64,000 nt of DNA, from the NCBI GenBank assembly GCA_947451105.1, contig CANFXY010000001.1, forward strand, positions 280-64,279, read 5' to 3'. Under the pieces are notes generated by a model that searched no databases, was not told the DNA's origin, and saw nothing but the letters and a program-made list of their open reading frames with translations. Positions 41,370 through 50,569 of this stretch are shown here, one piece after another (position 1 is the stretch's first letter; every line of letters begins with the position of its first letter). Both the position numbers and the translations under genes were made by a program. Origin of the DNA: Bacteroidota bacterium (GTDB taxonomy: Bacteria; Bacteroidota; Bacteroidia; NS11-12g; UBA955).

Positions 41370-41984
41370 TTAAATCTTTTCAGCCTTTAAATCTGCCAAA
41401 AGGTCTTTAAATTCAAAAATGTTTCGATTTTCCAACCAATCCTTTTCGTTGGAGGAATTAAGTATAATTGGCATCCTTTTTTTTGAGTTATGGATGTCTA
41501 ACATGAGGCCCTTTGCCTCCGTTGTTATGATGCTATAGGTTTTAATAAGTTCCCCACTAGATTTATCTACCCATTTTGAATAAATACCAGCAAAAGCAAA
41601 AGCGTCGTTTTTGGGAAGATGGATCAAATATTTTTGCTTTTTTTTGCCAAGTTCATCTTGCCATTGCCATTCATAAAATCCATCGGCTAATATTAAACAC
41701 CTATTTTGGGTGCAGTTTTTAAAGGAAACCTTTTCTTGTATGGTTTCAATTCTTGCGTTTAGAGTGTTTTTTCGTATTTCTTTGTCCTTCGACCAAGATG
41801 GAATTAGGCCCCAATTGAACAATTGTATGGTATTGGGGTCCTCGTTACTAATCACTGGATTTAAGGGAAAAGAAAATCCGTTTATACTATCGTTTTCAAT
41901 AAAAAGTTCAGGATTGCTCATGCTTGCCTTGAAACGTTTTTCCAATTCAACGGCTTTTTTGCTTAATTTACTGTAAAAACACAT
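41370..41984 (-). CDS. SOS-response-associated peptidase (SRAP/YedK/HMCES family), abasic-site sensor
   Basis: Start set at ATG 41984 so the protein begins MCFYSK (Cys2 is the SRAP catalytic nucleophile), 204 aa. The ATG overlaps the umuC stop as TAATG. The table ORF has 25 extra N-terminal codons. Confidence 0.8.
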   Translation of the reverse strand: MCFYSKLSKKAVELEKRFKASMSNPELFIENDSINGFSFPLNPVISNEDPNTIQLFNWGLIPSWSKDKEIRKNTLNARIETIQEKVSFKNCTQNRCLILADGFYEWQWQDELGKKKQKYLIHLPKNDAFAFAGIYSKWVDKSSGELIKTYSIITTEAKGLMLDIHNSKKRMPIILNSSNEKDWLENRNIFEFKDLLADLKAEKI

Positions 41985-43237
41985 TAGGTAATAATTGTAA
42001 TTATGTCTTTTATTTTGGTGGTGTAACTGGGAGAGAGTTTCTCTTGCCTCATTTTCCAAGTTTTGCCATTGGCTTGAGTCCCTAACCTTACCATGTGTTT
42101 TCCCATTAACTTGTTTAGTCTATCAACAGTCCTCATCAGCGGAGCGTGTTTCTGATTCTTTTGCTCAAAGATATTGCTTTGTTCCACCCCGTCTGTGCTT
42201 AAATCCATGGCAATAACCCCTGCTTTCTTATACGCGTATCCTTCCTTGAAAATTAGTCTCAATCCTTTGCAAGCAAAATTAACCAAATCAATGCCCGAAT
42301 TGCTCGGGTAAGGAAGTTTTATGATGATATTCTTTGCATATTGCGGCAAATCTTTCCTGTGCTCATTGGTGTGCACGAATACCATCAAACTGGAACAATG
42401 CTGTCTGTTTTCTCTAAGTTTTTCTGAACATGAAAATGCAAATGTTGCAACCCGCTCATGTACTTCTTCGAACTTGTTATAGTTGACATCGAATGACCTG
42501 CAACAAGAAATATTTTGTTTTGGCTTTTGCTTATCGATGCCCAAACTGTTGATTCCGGAAAGTTCGTATTTCAACCTCAGACCTACAACCGACATCTGTT
42601 GCTTAACCCAGCTGTCATTTAACTGAACAAAGTCGTGCGCATTTTTAACGCCGATTTTTTTCAAACGCTTAGCATGTTGGGATCCAATGCCCCAAACATC
42701 CTCTATTTTTAACCATTGAAGGGCTTTTTGTCTCTTGGTTTCATCGCCAATGGCATAAACATTTTTGGTCTTTTCAGGGTATTTTTTAGCTATCCTATTT
42801 GCTAATTTTGATAGTGCTTTGGTTGGTGCAAACCCTATACTAACTGGAATACCTGTCGAGCACAGAATTTTATTGCGTATTTTTAATCCCAAAGCTTCAA
42901 AATCCATATCCGAATTAAAACGCAAAAAGGCTTCGTCAATGCTGTAAACTTCCATTTCCGGAGAAAATTCACTCAAGATTTGCATCACCCTTGAACTCAT
43001 GTCGCCATAGAGTGCATAATTTGATGAAAATACATGCACATTGTTTTCTATAAATAATTTTTCAAATTCAAATGAGGGTGCGCCCATTGGAATGCCCAAT
43101 TTTTTAGCCTCGTTGCTTCTTGCAATTACACAACCATCATTGTTGGATAAAATAACCATTGGTTTGTTGTTGAGGTCGGGTCTGAATACCCGCTCACAGG
43201 AGGCATAAAAGTTATTGCAATCAATGAGTGCGAACAT
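41984..43237 (-). CDS. umuC: Y-family translesion DNA polymerase (UmuC / Pol V catalytic subunit-like)
   Basis: Start at MFALIDCNNFYASCERVF (ATG overlaps the umuD stop as TAATG). Y-family motifs LIDCNNFYASCE, SIDEAFL. 417 aa. Confidence 0.9.
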   Translation of the reverse strand: MFALIDCNNFYASCERVFRPDLNNKPMVILSNNDGCVIARSNEAKKLGIPMGAPSFEFEKLFIENNVHVFSSNYALYGDMSSRVMQILSEFSPEMEVYSIDEAFLRFNSDMDFEALGLKIRNKILCSTGIPVSIGFAPTKALSKLANRIAKKYPEKTKNVYAIGDETKRQKALQWLKIEDVWGIGSQHAKRLKKIGVKNAHDFVQLNDSWVKQQMSVVGLRLKYELSGINSLGIDKQKPKQNISCCRSFDVNYNKFEEVHERVATFAFSCSEKLRENRQHCSSLMVFVHTNEHRKDLPQYAKNIIIKLPYPSNSGIDLVNFACKGLRLIFKEGYAYKKAGVIAMDLSTDGVEQSNIFEQKNQKHAPLMRTVDRLNKLMGKHMVRLGTQANGKTWKMRQEKLSPSYTTKIKDIITIIT

Positions 43238-43716
43238 TAGAATGACTTTATGACATGGATGACAATACCCCAAACTAAAAAATGATTTTCTTCACTGACT
43301 TTAATCGGTTTATAGGCATTGTTTGCAGGCATTAACCAACAAATATTGTCTTCTATTTTAATCCGTTTAACCGTGAATTCGCCATCAATAAAACAAATGG
43401 CAATCTTTCCATCTTTGGGTTCTAAACTTTTATCTATAACCAATAAATCGCCGTCCGAAATCCCAGCATCTTGCATAGAGTTTCCCTTCACTCGGCCATA
43501 AAAAGTTGCTGAGGGGTTCTTTATAAGTTCTCTGTTTAAATCTATGGCTAAGTCGATGAAATCTTGCGCAGGTGAGGGGAACCCAGCACTTATGCCACCA
43601 TCAATTAAGGGCAATTCTATGCTTACTTCAGTTAATGCTGAATAAATATCTAGGTGGTTGCTGTGGTGCAAATTGCTAAGCTTCAATGGTTTTTTATTGC
43701 AAGTTGATACATGCAA
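43237..43716 (-). CDS. umuD: UmuD-like S24 peptidase (LexA/UmuD family, no HTH)
   Basis: Ala-Gly cleavage site (ISAGFPSPAQDF), Ser nucleophile (GNSMQDAGI), Lys (FTVKRIK). ~159 aa with ~20-aa N-terminal extension. Start uncertain. Confidence 0.85.
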   Translation of the reverse strand: MHVSTCNKKPLKLSNLHHSNHLDIYSALTEVSIELPLIDGGISAGFPSPAQDFIDLAIDLNRELIKNPSATFYGRVKGNSMQDAGISDGDLLVIDKSLEPKDGKIAICFIDGEFTVKRIKIEDNICWLMPANNAYKPIKVSEENHFLVWGIVIHVIKSF

Positions 43717-43850
43717 ATTTAATTTTTTTTGGGCAAATTACTTTATCATTAATGTGTCAGTTATTAACTATTTCACACTAAAATTTAACAAACCGCATTA
43801 TACATTTGAATTGTTTCCAATTCTTAAATTTTTATTTTTGGTTATTAAAA

Positions 43851-43881
43851 AGAACGCCTACCTAAGGGGTTCTTTTTTTTT
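43851..43881. terminator. Imperfect hairpin + T9 tract at the 3' end of the AI-2E transporter gene
   Basis: GAACGCC-tacctaa-GGGGTTC (one mismatch) followed by T9 on + and T5 on - strand. The stop codon of the 43862 gene lies in the stem-loop. Confidence 0.4.
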
Positions 43882-44896
43882 GTGGTAAAATAAATTCTTC
43901 TTTATACAATTTGGCCAATAACAAACTCAAGGAAATAATCAGAGGGCCAAAAATTAACCCCCAAAACCCTAAGTAGCTTAACCCAATAATTACCCCTAAT
44001 ACGGTAATGATGGGGTGGGTACTTGCAAGTTTTTTCTGCAAAATAAATCTAAATACATTGTCGCTGCTGCCGATAATTAACAGGCCATAGAGAAACAATC
44101 CAATTCCGGCGTTTAAATGTCCATTGGCCATAATGAGTATTGAAAGGGGAACCCACGCCAGCATTGTGCCAACAAAAGGAATTACAGATGCAGCGCCGGT
44201 AATTAGTCCCCAAAGTATTGGTTCTTCTAATCCAAAAATAGAGTAGCCAATAATTGCAACTATGCCTTGTATCAGTCCTAAGATTAAAATACCTACGCCA
44301 TTGCTGAAAATAGACGTTTTTATGTGTTCAATTACTTTTCTGTGGTTTATTCGGTTGAACGGACTATTTACCTTCAAAAATCTTTCCATTTCAAATCCTT
44401 TATTGAGCATAAACCACAACAGAAAATACATGATTATGGTGTTGCTCAACAAATTTAAACTGTAATTAATAAGCCCAGGTGCGAAAGCTTGAACTATTCC
44501 CCCAATTTTATTTAACGTGGCGCTGGATAAAATTGAAAACTCAATGTATTGATTGATATAGGCATTCATTGCATGAAGTGCATCAACTATTGGCTTCGGC
44601 TCATTGAAATAAGGGATGATTTTTAGGGATAAGAAATTTCCGATTAAATAAATAGGCAATAAGATGAGTATGGCAGAGAGTAAAAGTAAAATTACCGTGC
44701 TCTTGCTGCGGGCTATTTTGTATTTCCTCTGCAGTTTTTTATGCGGTATACGCAGAATAACATACAAGGAAACCGCACCCAAAAAGGCGCTCAACATAAA
44801 CAACAAATGCTTTGCAATAAAAAGAAACAGGAGGCAAACAATAATTAAAAAAATAATTTGCCTAAGGTTTTGGTCTTGTTTTTCTGATTCTTTCAT
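43862..44896 (-). CDS. AI-2E family transporter (PerM/YdiK, UPF0118) membrane protein
   Basis: 344 aa, ~8 TM helices, arrangement typical of the AI-2E family. Confidence 0.65.
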   Translation of the reverse strand: MKESEKQDQNLRQIIFLIIVCLLFLFIAKHLLFMLSAFLGAVSLYVILRIPHKKLQRKYKIARSKSTVILLLLSAILILLPIYLIGNFLSLKIIPYFNEPKPIVDALHAMNAYINQYIEFSILSSATLNKIGGIVQAFAPGLINYSLNLLSNTIIMYFLLWFMLNKGFEMERFLKVNSPFNRINHRKVIEHIKTSIFSNGVGILILGLIQGIVAIIGYSIFGLEEPILWGLITGAASVIPFVGTMLAWVPLSILIMANGHLNAGIGLFLYGLLIIGSSDNVFRFILQKKLASTHPIITVLGVIIGLSYLGFWGLIFGPLIISLSLLLAKLYKEEFILPQKKRTP

Positions 44897-44949
44897 TGCC
44901 TGTTATTGCGTTTATACAAATGTAAGGCTAATGCTTAAAAAAATAGAAT

Positions 44950-46221
44950 CTAGTTTCTGCCTTTATCTCTTCCACCACCATAAGACTTTTTCTGCGGTCT
45001 GTTACCTCCAGTCTTTGGCGCAGCGCCTTGTCCTTTATTGGGGCGAGGACCATGGGAAGGTTTTGCCGCCTTGGGTGGATTCTCAACCATCAGTGGGAAG
45101 TTATGGTCATTGTTAACTGGAATTTTCATGGCAATTAACTTTTCAATATTTTTGATGTCTACTCTTTCTTCTGCATCACAAAATGAATAGGCTGTTCCTT
45201 TGTTTCCTGCTCTACCCGTTCTGCCAATGCGGTGTACATAGGTTTCGGAAATATTCGGTATGTCATAATTGATCACATACTCAAGTTCATCCACATCAAT
45301 ACCTCTGGCTGCAATATCTGTTGCCACTAAAACACGGGTGGTTTGCGCCTTGAAATTAGCCAAGGCAGCTTGCCTAGCATTTTGGGCTTTGTTGCCATGG
45401 ATGGCTTGTGCTTTAATGTTGTTTTTAACCAATACTTTAACGATTTTATCTGCGCCGTGCTTGGTCCTTGTAAACACCAAAACTGTTTTGATTTTGCTGT
45501 CTTTTAAAATGTCCAACAACAAGGCGTTTTTATTTCCCTTGTCTACATAGTATAAAAACTGCTTGATTGTTTCTGCTGTTGACGATACGGGTGCAACCTC
45601 AACTTTTGCAGGATTGCTCAATATGCTGTTTGCCAATTTTACAATTTCAGGTGGCATGGTTGCCGAGAAAAATAAGGATTGTCTTTTTTGAGGAAGCGCA
45701 GCAATTAGTTTTTTAACATCATGTATGAAACCCATATCTAACATACGGTCGGCCTCATCTAATACAAACATTTCGATGTGTCTTAAAGTGATAAACCCTT
45801 GTTGCATAAGGTCAAGCAATCTGCCTGGAGTAGCTACCAAAATATCAATACCTCTTTGAAGTGCATTTACTTGGGAATGCTGTTTAACGCCTCCAAAAAT
45901 AACGGTATGGTTTAAGTTGTGGTATTTCCCATAGGCTTGTATGCTTTCGCCAATTTGGATGGCCAATTCTCTTGTTGGGGTTACAATCAAACAACGGATA
46001 CTCCTGTTTCTTTGTCGGTTCTCCTTGTTGTCTAATAATTGAATAATGGGAATTGAAAAAGCTGCTGTTTTTCCTGTGCCAGTTTGCGCGCAACCCAATA
46101 AGTCACGTCCCTCTAAAACGATAGGAATGGCTTTGGCTTGAATAGGCGTTGGTTGGGTATAGCCTTCTTCTGAAAGGGCTTTTAGTATCTCAGGTGTGAG
46201 ATTTAAATCTTGAAATGTCAT
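44950..46221 (-). CDS. DEAD-box ATP-dependent RNA helicase (RhlE-like)
   Basis: Q-motif (TQPTPIQ), Walker [13 protein letters not shown] (VLDEAD), [12 protein letters not shown]-terminal basic Gly-rich tail. Confidence 0.93.
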   Translation of the reverse strand: MTFQDLNLTPEILKALSEEGYTQPTPIQAKAIPIVLEGRDLLGCAQTGTGKTAAFSIPIIQLLDNKENRQRNRSIRCLIVTPTRELAIQIGESIQAYGKYHNLNHTVIFGGVKQHSQVNALQRGIDILVATPGRLLDLMQQGFITLRHIEMFVLDEADRMLDMGFIHDVKKLIAALPQKRQSLFFSATMPPEIVKLANSILSNPAKVEVAPVSSTAETIKQFLYYVDKGNKNALLLDILKDSKIKTVLVFTRTKHGADKIVKVLVKNNIKAQAIHGNKAQNARQAALANFKAQTTRVLVATDIAARGIDVDELEYVINYDIPNISETYVHRIGRTGRAGNKGTAYSFCDAEERVDIKNIEKLIAMKIPVNNDHNFPLMVENPPKAAKPSHGPRPNKGQGAAPKTGGNRPQKKSYGGGRDKGRN

Positions 46222-46470
46222 ATTTGTTTAATAAAATGCCGATAGGAACTTTTTTGAAAGAAACAATCGCTAAACCAATAAACTAAAAACCCTGAAAAGT
46301 TTTTTTGTGATATAAAGAGCCGTGAGATAAATATTCTGAATCAGATCCGAAAGGTTCTGCAAAGGTAAGCTTTTTTAACGATTTTGTATCAATTGGCTTA
46401 TTGTGTTCCAATTATTGCCTATTGAAAATACAAGTAAAAGCCAATGATTGCCGAATCTTAAGAACAGAAT

Positions 46471-48042
46471 TTATATTTTTATCAGGTGTCGGCCAATTTG
46501 TCCGTTCAGACTAATTAGTTGGTAGTAATAATTGCCAGGTGGCAAATCGTTCCCGTCCAGATTAAAGGTATAGGTTCCTTTTTCATGTATATGATTGACC
46601 AATGTTTTAATTAGTCGGCCTCTGCTATCGAATAGTCTTAATTCTACTTTCCCGGTCGGCACGCTGTATTCAATGTTGGTGAAATCTTTAAATGGGTTTG
46701 GGTAGTTTTGCAACAAACTGATCTGCTCAGCCATAAAGTTTTTAACCCACAGGCCCTGTTTGAAAATAGGCAAGGTGTCAAAATGTTTCAACAGTAGGGA
46801 GGTATCTGTTTTGCTGCTTGGTGTTTGGAACCAGTCAATAAGCACGGAGGCATATATTTGTCTGAAGTCGTATTGCATTGGGATATTGTCTTCAACATTC
46901 ACTGTGCTTGGAATATTTGGATTGTTTCCAATGATTGTTGGATTCACTTGGGTGCCAAAAACAATTAATGGTGCAGCAGCACCATGGTCGGTTCCTCTGC
47001 TATCATTGCTTTTGATTCTTCTTCCAAATTCGCTATACGTCATGCCCGCCACACGGTCGGCAATCCCCAGCTTTTCGCAATCGTCTTGAAATGCTGCTAT
47101 AGCATCTGAAACGTTTTTCCAAAGTGAAGCATGGCTACCTGTTTCATTTCCGCCTGTTGAAGAAACTTGATTGGAATGGGTATCAAATCCACCCAAACTA
47201 ACGGTGTAGATTGGCGTCTTTAATCCGCCTGCAATTAGGTTGGCTACAATTTTTAATTGATCTGCCAGTGGGTTGTTGCTTGGATACGTGGCTTTGTTGC
47301 TTGTCGATTGTGCGGCAGCTTTAACGGTGTTGTTGTATTCCTGGGTTTGTTGTAGTACCAAGCGCACGTATGTTAATTCATGCCCAGCAGGCGTATTGGG
47401 AGCAGGGTCAACGGTTCCGCTAACCAATTGGTAAAAACTTGTAGGGTTAGAAATTGCCATGCCGGTATTGGCTGTGTTTCCCATCAATGCCGTTGAAACA
47501 CTGTAGCCAATTGAAATTGCAAGTGGATCAGGGTCATTGGCGTTCGGGTATCCTGTCGGAAATCCTGTGTAAAGATCTTCCAAATAACGCCCAGCCCAAC
47601 CTGAATTTAAAAATTGAGAACTCTCACTGGCCGTATTCCAAATATCGGTGGCTCTAAAATGTGAAAAATTTGGATTTGGATAACCAACAGCTTGAACAAT
47701 ATTAACTTTTTGGTTGTTAAACATGGTTCTTAGTCCTGTCATAGATGGATGCATGCCAACGCCATTAAATCCATTTAGGGTGAGTACTTTGTTTTCCTGG
47801 ATTAAGATATTGTTTCTGGCTTTGGACAAATTGCTGTATTGTTCGGTTGGGATAATTGTGTTTAAACCGTCATTGCCACCATTTAATTGTATCATAACAA
47901 ATACCCTCCCGTTTTTTGCCGCAGCTTCTGAAATAGCCTTAAGCATAGGTGTTGCGGCATAAGCCTGAAATTTCATGCCATCAATAAAAAATGGCAGCAT
48001 TGCAGCTGGGATTGCTTTCTTTAAAAAATCTTTTCTTTTCAT
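46471..48042 (-). CDS. DUF1501-family protein (sulfatase-like fold) with Tat-like leader and T9SS C-terminal sorting domain
   Basis: N-terminus MKRKDFLKKAIPAAMLPF (Tat-like with KR in place of RR). DUF1501 core. C-terminus NYPNPFKDFTNIEYSVP...YYYQLISLNGQ is a type-A T9SS CTD. Confidence 0.8.
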   Translation of the reverse strand: MKRKDFLKKAIPAAMLPFFIDGMKFQAYAATPMLKAISEAAAKNGRVFVMIQLNGGNDGLNTIIPTEQYSNLSKARNNILIQENKVLTLNGFNGVGMHPSMTGLRTMFNNQKVNIVQAVGYPNPNFSHFRATDIWNTASESSQFLNSGWAGRYLEDLYTGFPTGYPNANDPDPLAISIGYSVSTALMGNTANTGMAISNPTSFYQLVSGTVDPAPNTPAGHELTYVRLVLQQTQEYNNTVKAAAQSTSNKATYPSNNPLADQLKIVANLIAGGLKTPIYTVSLGGFDTHSNQVSSTGGNETGSHASLWKNVSDAIAAFQDDCEKLGIADRVAGMTYSEFGRRIKSNDSRGTDHGAAAPLIVFGTQVNPTIIGNNPNIPSTVNVEDNIPMQYDFRQIYASVLIDWFQTPSSKTDTSLLLKHFDTLPIFKQGLWVKNFMAEQISLLQNYPNPFKDFTNIEYSVPTGKVELRLFDSRGRLIKTLVNHIHEKGTYTFNLDGNDLPPGNYYYQLISLNGQIGRHLIKI

Positions 48043-48047
48043 ACAAT

Positions 48048-49733
48048 TTATGCTAATTGATTTTCTGCCAAGTCTAATAAATATTTAATCATCAGATACA
48101 GTCCGTTGGTAACGGTGTTCTTTTTATTGGTATCGGTAGGGTTGTTGATATGGTCGTTCCATGCATTGGTCCAATAGATGTCGTTGGTCTGTCCAAACAG
48201 CAAGGTGCTTTGTTTTAAACCCGTTTTCTGCGTTGTGCTGATATCCATTGCATATAACAGGTCTATCGTTTCTTGAATAAGGGTATTGGGATTAGAAGGG
48301 TCGGAGCATTGTTTTGCAAACTCAATGACATCAGCTTGGAGTTTTTTGCTGCCTTTGTAATTAAATCCAATCATTAAGGCAACGGTGTATTGTATGCGTT
48401 TAGGTAAAGTGTCGGAGTTTAGCCAAAGCTGATGGTATTGCGGTGTTTGGTAATAAGCTTGCCAGCCAGAGACGTTGGGAGGGTTTCCTAAAAACATACC
48501 AGACACAGCCGCTCCTGCCCACATGGCATAGTATGCATCATGGATGTCTTCAGGGATTGAGGTAGGAAACTGTACATTAAATTGTTTGATGAAACTTCCA
48601 AAAACATCTAATGGATTTTTAATGTAACAACCGATGTTTTTGCTGTCGTAAAAATGTTCACTTTTTAACAAAGCAGATAGCAATGGCTTAATTTCCCAAT
48701 TGCTCTTGAAATCATTGGCCAATGGGATAATGACATTGTTTTCTATGTTGGTGTCAATAACATAATAAACAAAATAGCGGTAAAGTTTTCTTACAATATG
48801 CCTAGCAACTACATCACTTTTCGAAAAAATCATGTTGATTAAGTCGTCCGTTTCATACTCACCAGCTGCACCTATTTGCCCCTTTATTACGGTGTTGTTA
48901 AAAAAGCTTGAGAAGGTCTTGTCGCTTTGGTCATGCACCACATCAGAGAAATATCTAGTAAGGCCAGGGTAATTAATGCGCCAACCAGTAAGCACTTTAG
49001 CCGCAGCCTTTACGTCGTCTTCGGTGTATTGACTGTCTGGTTGTTTTCCTAGGGTAAATAGCTCCATTAGCTCTCGGGCATAATTCTCATCCGGTGCTGT
49101 TTTGGTGTTCACATAACCGTTTAGGTATATAAGCATTGCCATGTCCACGGTTACCGTTTTTATTAGCGACTTGAAATTTCCGAGGCAATTTTCCCTCAAC
49201 ATGTTTTGGTGGCGGTAGGCGATAATGGGGCTGCCAACCTGTTCAACCTCTGTTGCAAAATGATTGTGCATAAACACCGTCATCTTTTCGCGTATATGCC
49301 TTTCGGGTTTAAGCACTTGTTGCATGCTCCATGCATACAATGAGGCCCGTCGCTGTCCCGTAAAATTGTTGCTGTCTGTTCCGTTGACCCAAGTTGCTCC
49401 AGAGGCAATGTCTGGGTCAATCATCGTTTGGGTGTTGTATCCATTAACTGGAGGACTGGGTTGTGTGCTTGGGATGTTTAGTAAATAGTCTACTGCATCA
49501 TTCATACTCATCGATTTGAAGAAATTTACATCTGAACGGTTAAAGCCAAACAGGGTTCTTCTAAGCAAATGTTTTACTTGCGCATCCCCCCATACCCCTG
49601 AATAATTGGCAATTGAACCTAAGCCTAGGTCTAAATCTGTGGGCTCAGTTTGATTCTGTAGGTTTTCAATGTTTACTTTTTTAACAGGTTCTTTTTCTGT
49701 AAAAAGTTCAGAAATGAAATCTCTCCTTTGCAT
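48048..49733 (-). CDS. DUF1800-family protein with twin-arginine leader
   Basis: MQRRDFISELF N-terminus. 561 aa. Conserved DUF1800-DUF1501 gene pair, 5-nt spacer. Confidence 0.75.
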   Translation of the reverse strand: MQRRDFISELFTEKEPVKKVNIENLQNQTEPTDLDLGLGSIANYSGVWGDAQVKHLLRRTLFGFNRSDVNFFKSMSMNDAVDYLLNIPSTQPSPPVNGYNTQTMIDPDIASGATWVNGTDSNNFTGQRRASLYAWSMQQVLKPERHIREKMTVFMHNHFATEVEQVGSPIIAYRHQNMLRENCLGNFKSLIKTVTVDMAMLIYLNGYVNTKTAPDENYARELMELFTLGKQPDSQYTEDDVKAAAKVLTGWRINYPGLTRYFSDVVHDQSDKTFSSFFNNTVIKGQIGAAGEYETDDLINMIFSKSDVVARHIVRKLYRYFVYYVIDTNIENNVIIPLANDFKSNWEIKPLLSALLKSEHFYDSKNIGCYIKNPLDVFGSFIKQFNVQFPTSIPEDIHDAYYAMWAGAAVSGMFLGNPPNVSGWQAYYQTPQYHQLWLNSDTLPKRIQYTVALMIGFNYKGSKKLQADVIEFAKQCSDPSNPNTLIQETIDLLYAMDISTTQKTGLKQSTLLFGQTNDIYWTNAWNDHINNPTDTNKKNTVTNGLYLMIKYLLDLAENQLA

Positions 49734-49939
49734 GGTAATTTTAAAAGTTTGAATGTTTAGGACTTTAACTTGACCAAAAGTACAATTATTTTGGTTTTAA
49801 ATCCTAAAATTAAAAAATAAATTACATATAATTTTGAGTTTAATGGTTTGATATTTTTATTTAAAACACTTAAATACAATTACATATAAGTAATATTAAG
49901 TTTGCATTATGGTTTTGGTTTTCAGTAAAATCCTGCGAT

Positions 49940-50449
49940 TTATTGCTTTAATAAAAGTTCCATTAATTTCTCAAAGGTGTAATTTACCCTTCCTAAATAA
50001 TATTTCGCCGTAATGCTTAAAGATTGTTTGTCTTCAAAAATGTGTTGTTCTAAATAAATGTCGCCGAAATTTATTTCTCTGTGTTCCCCTAGTTCGTCAT
50101 AAAATGTATCTGCTTTTAGAACAATGCCTTGTACTTTGGCTTTAATTCCTTTGTCCCACACCTCATGTCTTTCCTCAGATTTTAATATGGAATAATTGTT
50201 TTTCAACAGTATGTTTTTAAAGTGTTCTATTATATAAGCAAGCTGTTCTGGGTCATTGAAATTAGCATTCCAATACAATTTAGCATGCAATTGATCGCAA
50301 CCGTATTGAATGTTGTTGTCCTCATGTCCAAATACATGCCGCGTATAGCATTGGTGCAAATGATTTAAATCAATTTCTTTTTGGGTGCTTTCCCAATGTT
50401 GATAACGCAAGTGAAAATTTAAGGGCCTTAGTAATATTTTTGTATGCAT
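49940..50449 (-). CDS. Hypothetical protein (169 aa, His/Glu-rich, no family recognised)
   Basis: Clean ORF divergent from the MBL nuclease gene. Soluble, no signal peptide. Confidence 0.5.
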   Translation of the reverse strand: MHTKILLRPLNFHLRYQHWESTQKEIDLNHLHQCYTRHVFGHEDNNIQYGCDQLHAKLYWNANFNDPEQLAYIIEHFKNILLKNNYSILKSEERHEVWDKGIKAKVQGIVLKADTFYDELGEHREINFGDIYLEQHIFEDKQSLSITAKYYLGRVNYTFEKLMELLLKQ

Positions 50450-50569
50450 CTATTGGTTGTGTTTTTAGGTAACGCATTTTGAGTTTGTATATTATTTAAT
50501 GATTGCAAAAACAAATGACAATCTTTTCACATTTTCAATTGTTGTTCAATTAATAAAAGAGTAGAGGAG

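Noticed and set aside
43851-43881. Gram-positive-type SOS box (CGAACRNRYGTTCG) in the GAAC...GTTC element upstream of umuD
   Set aside because: Spacing between GAAC and GTTC is 14 nt and not palindromic in the required way. The element is better explained as the terminator hairpin of the neighbouring AI-2E gene.
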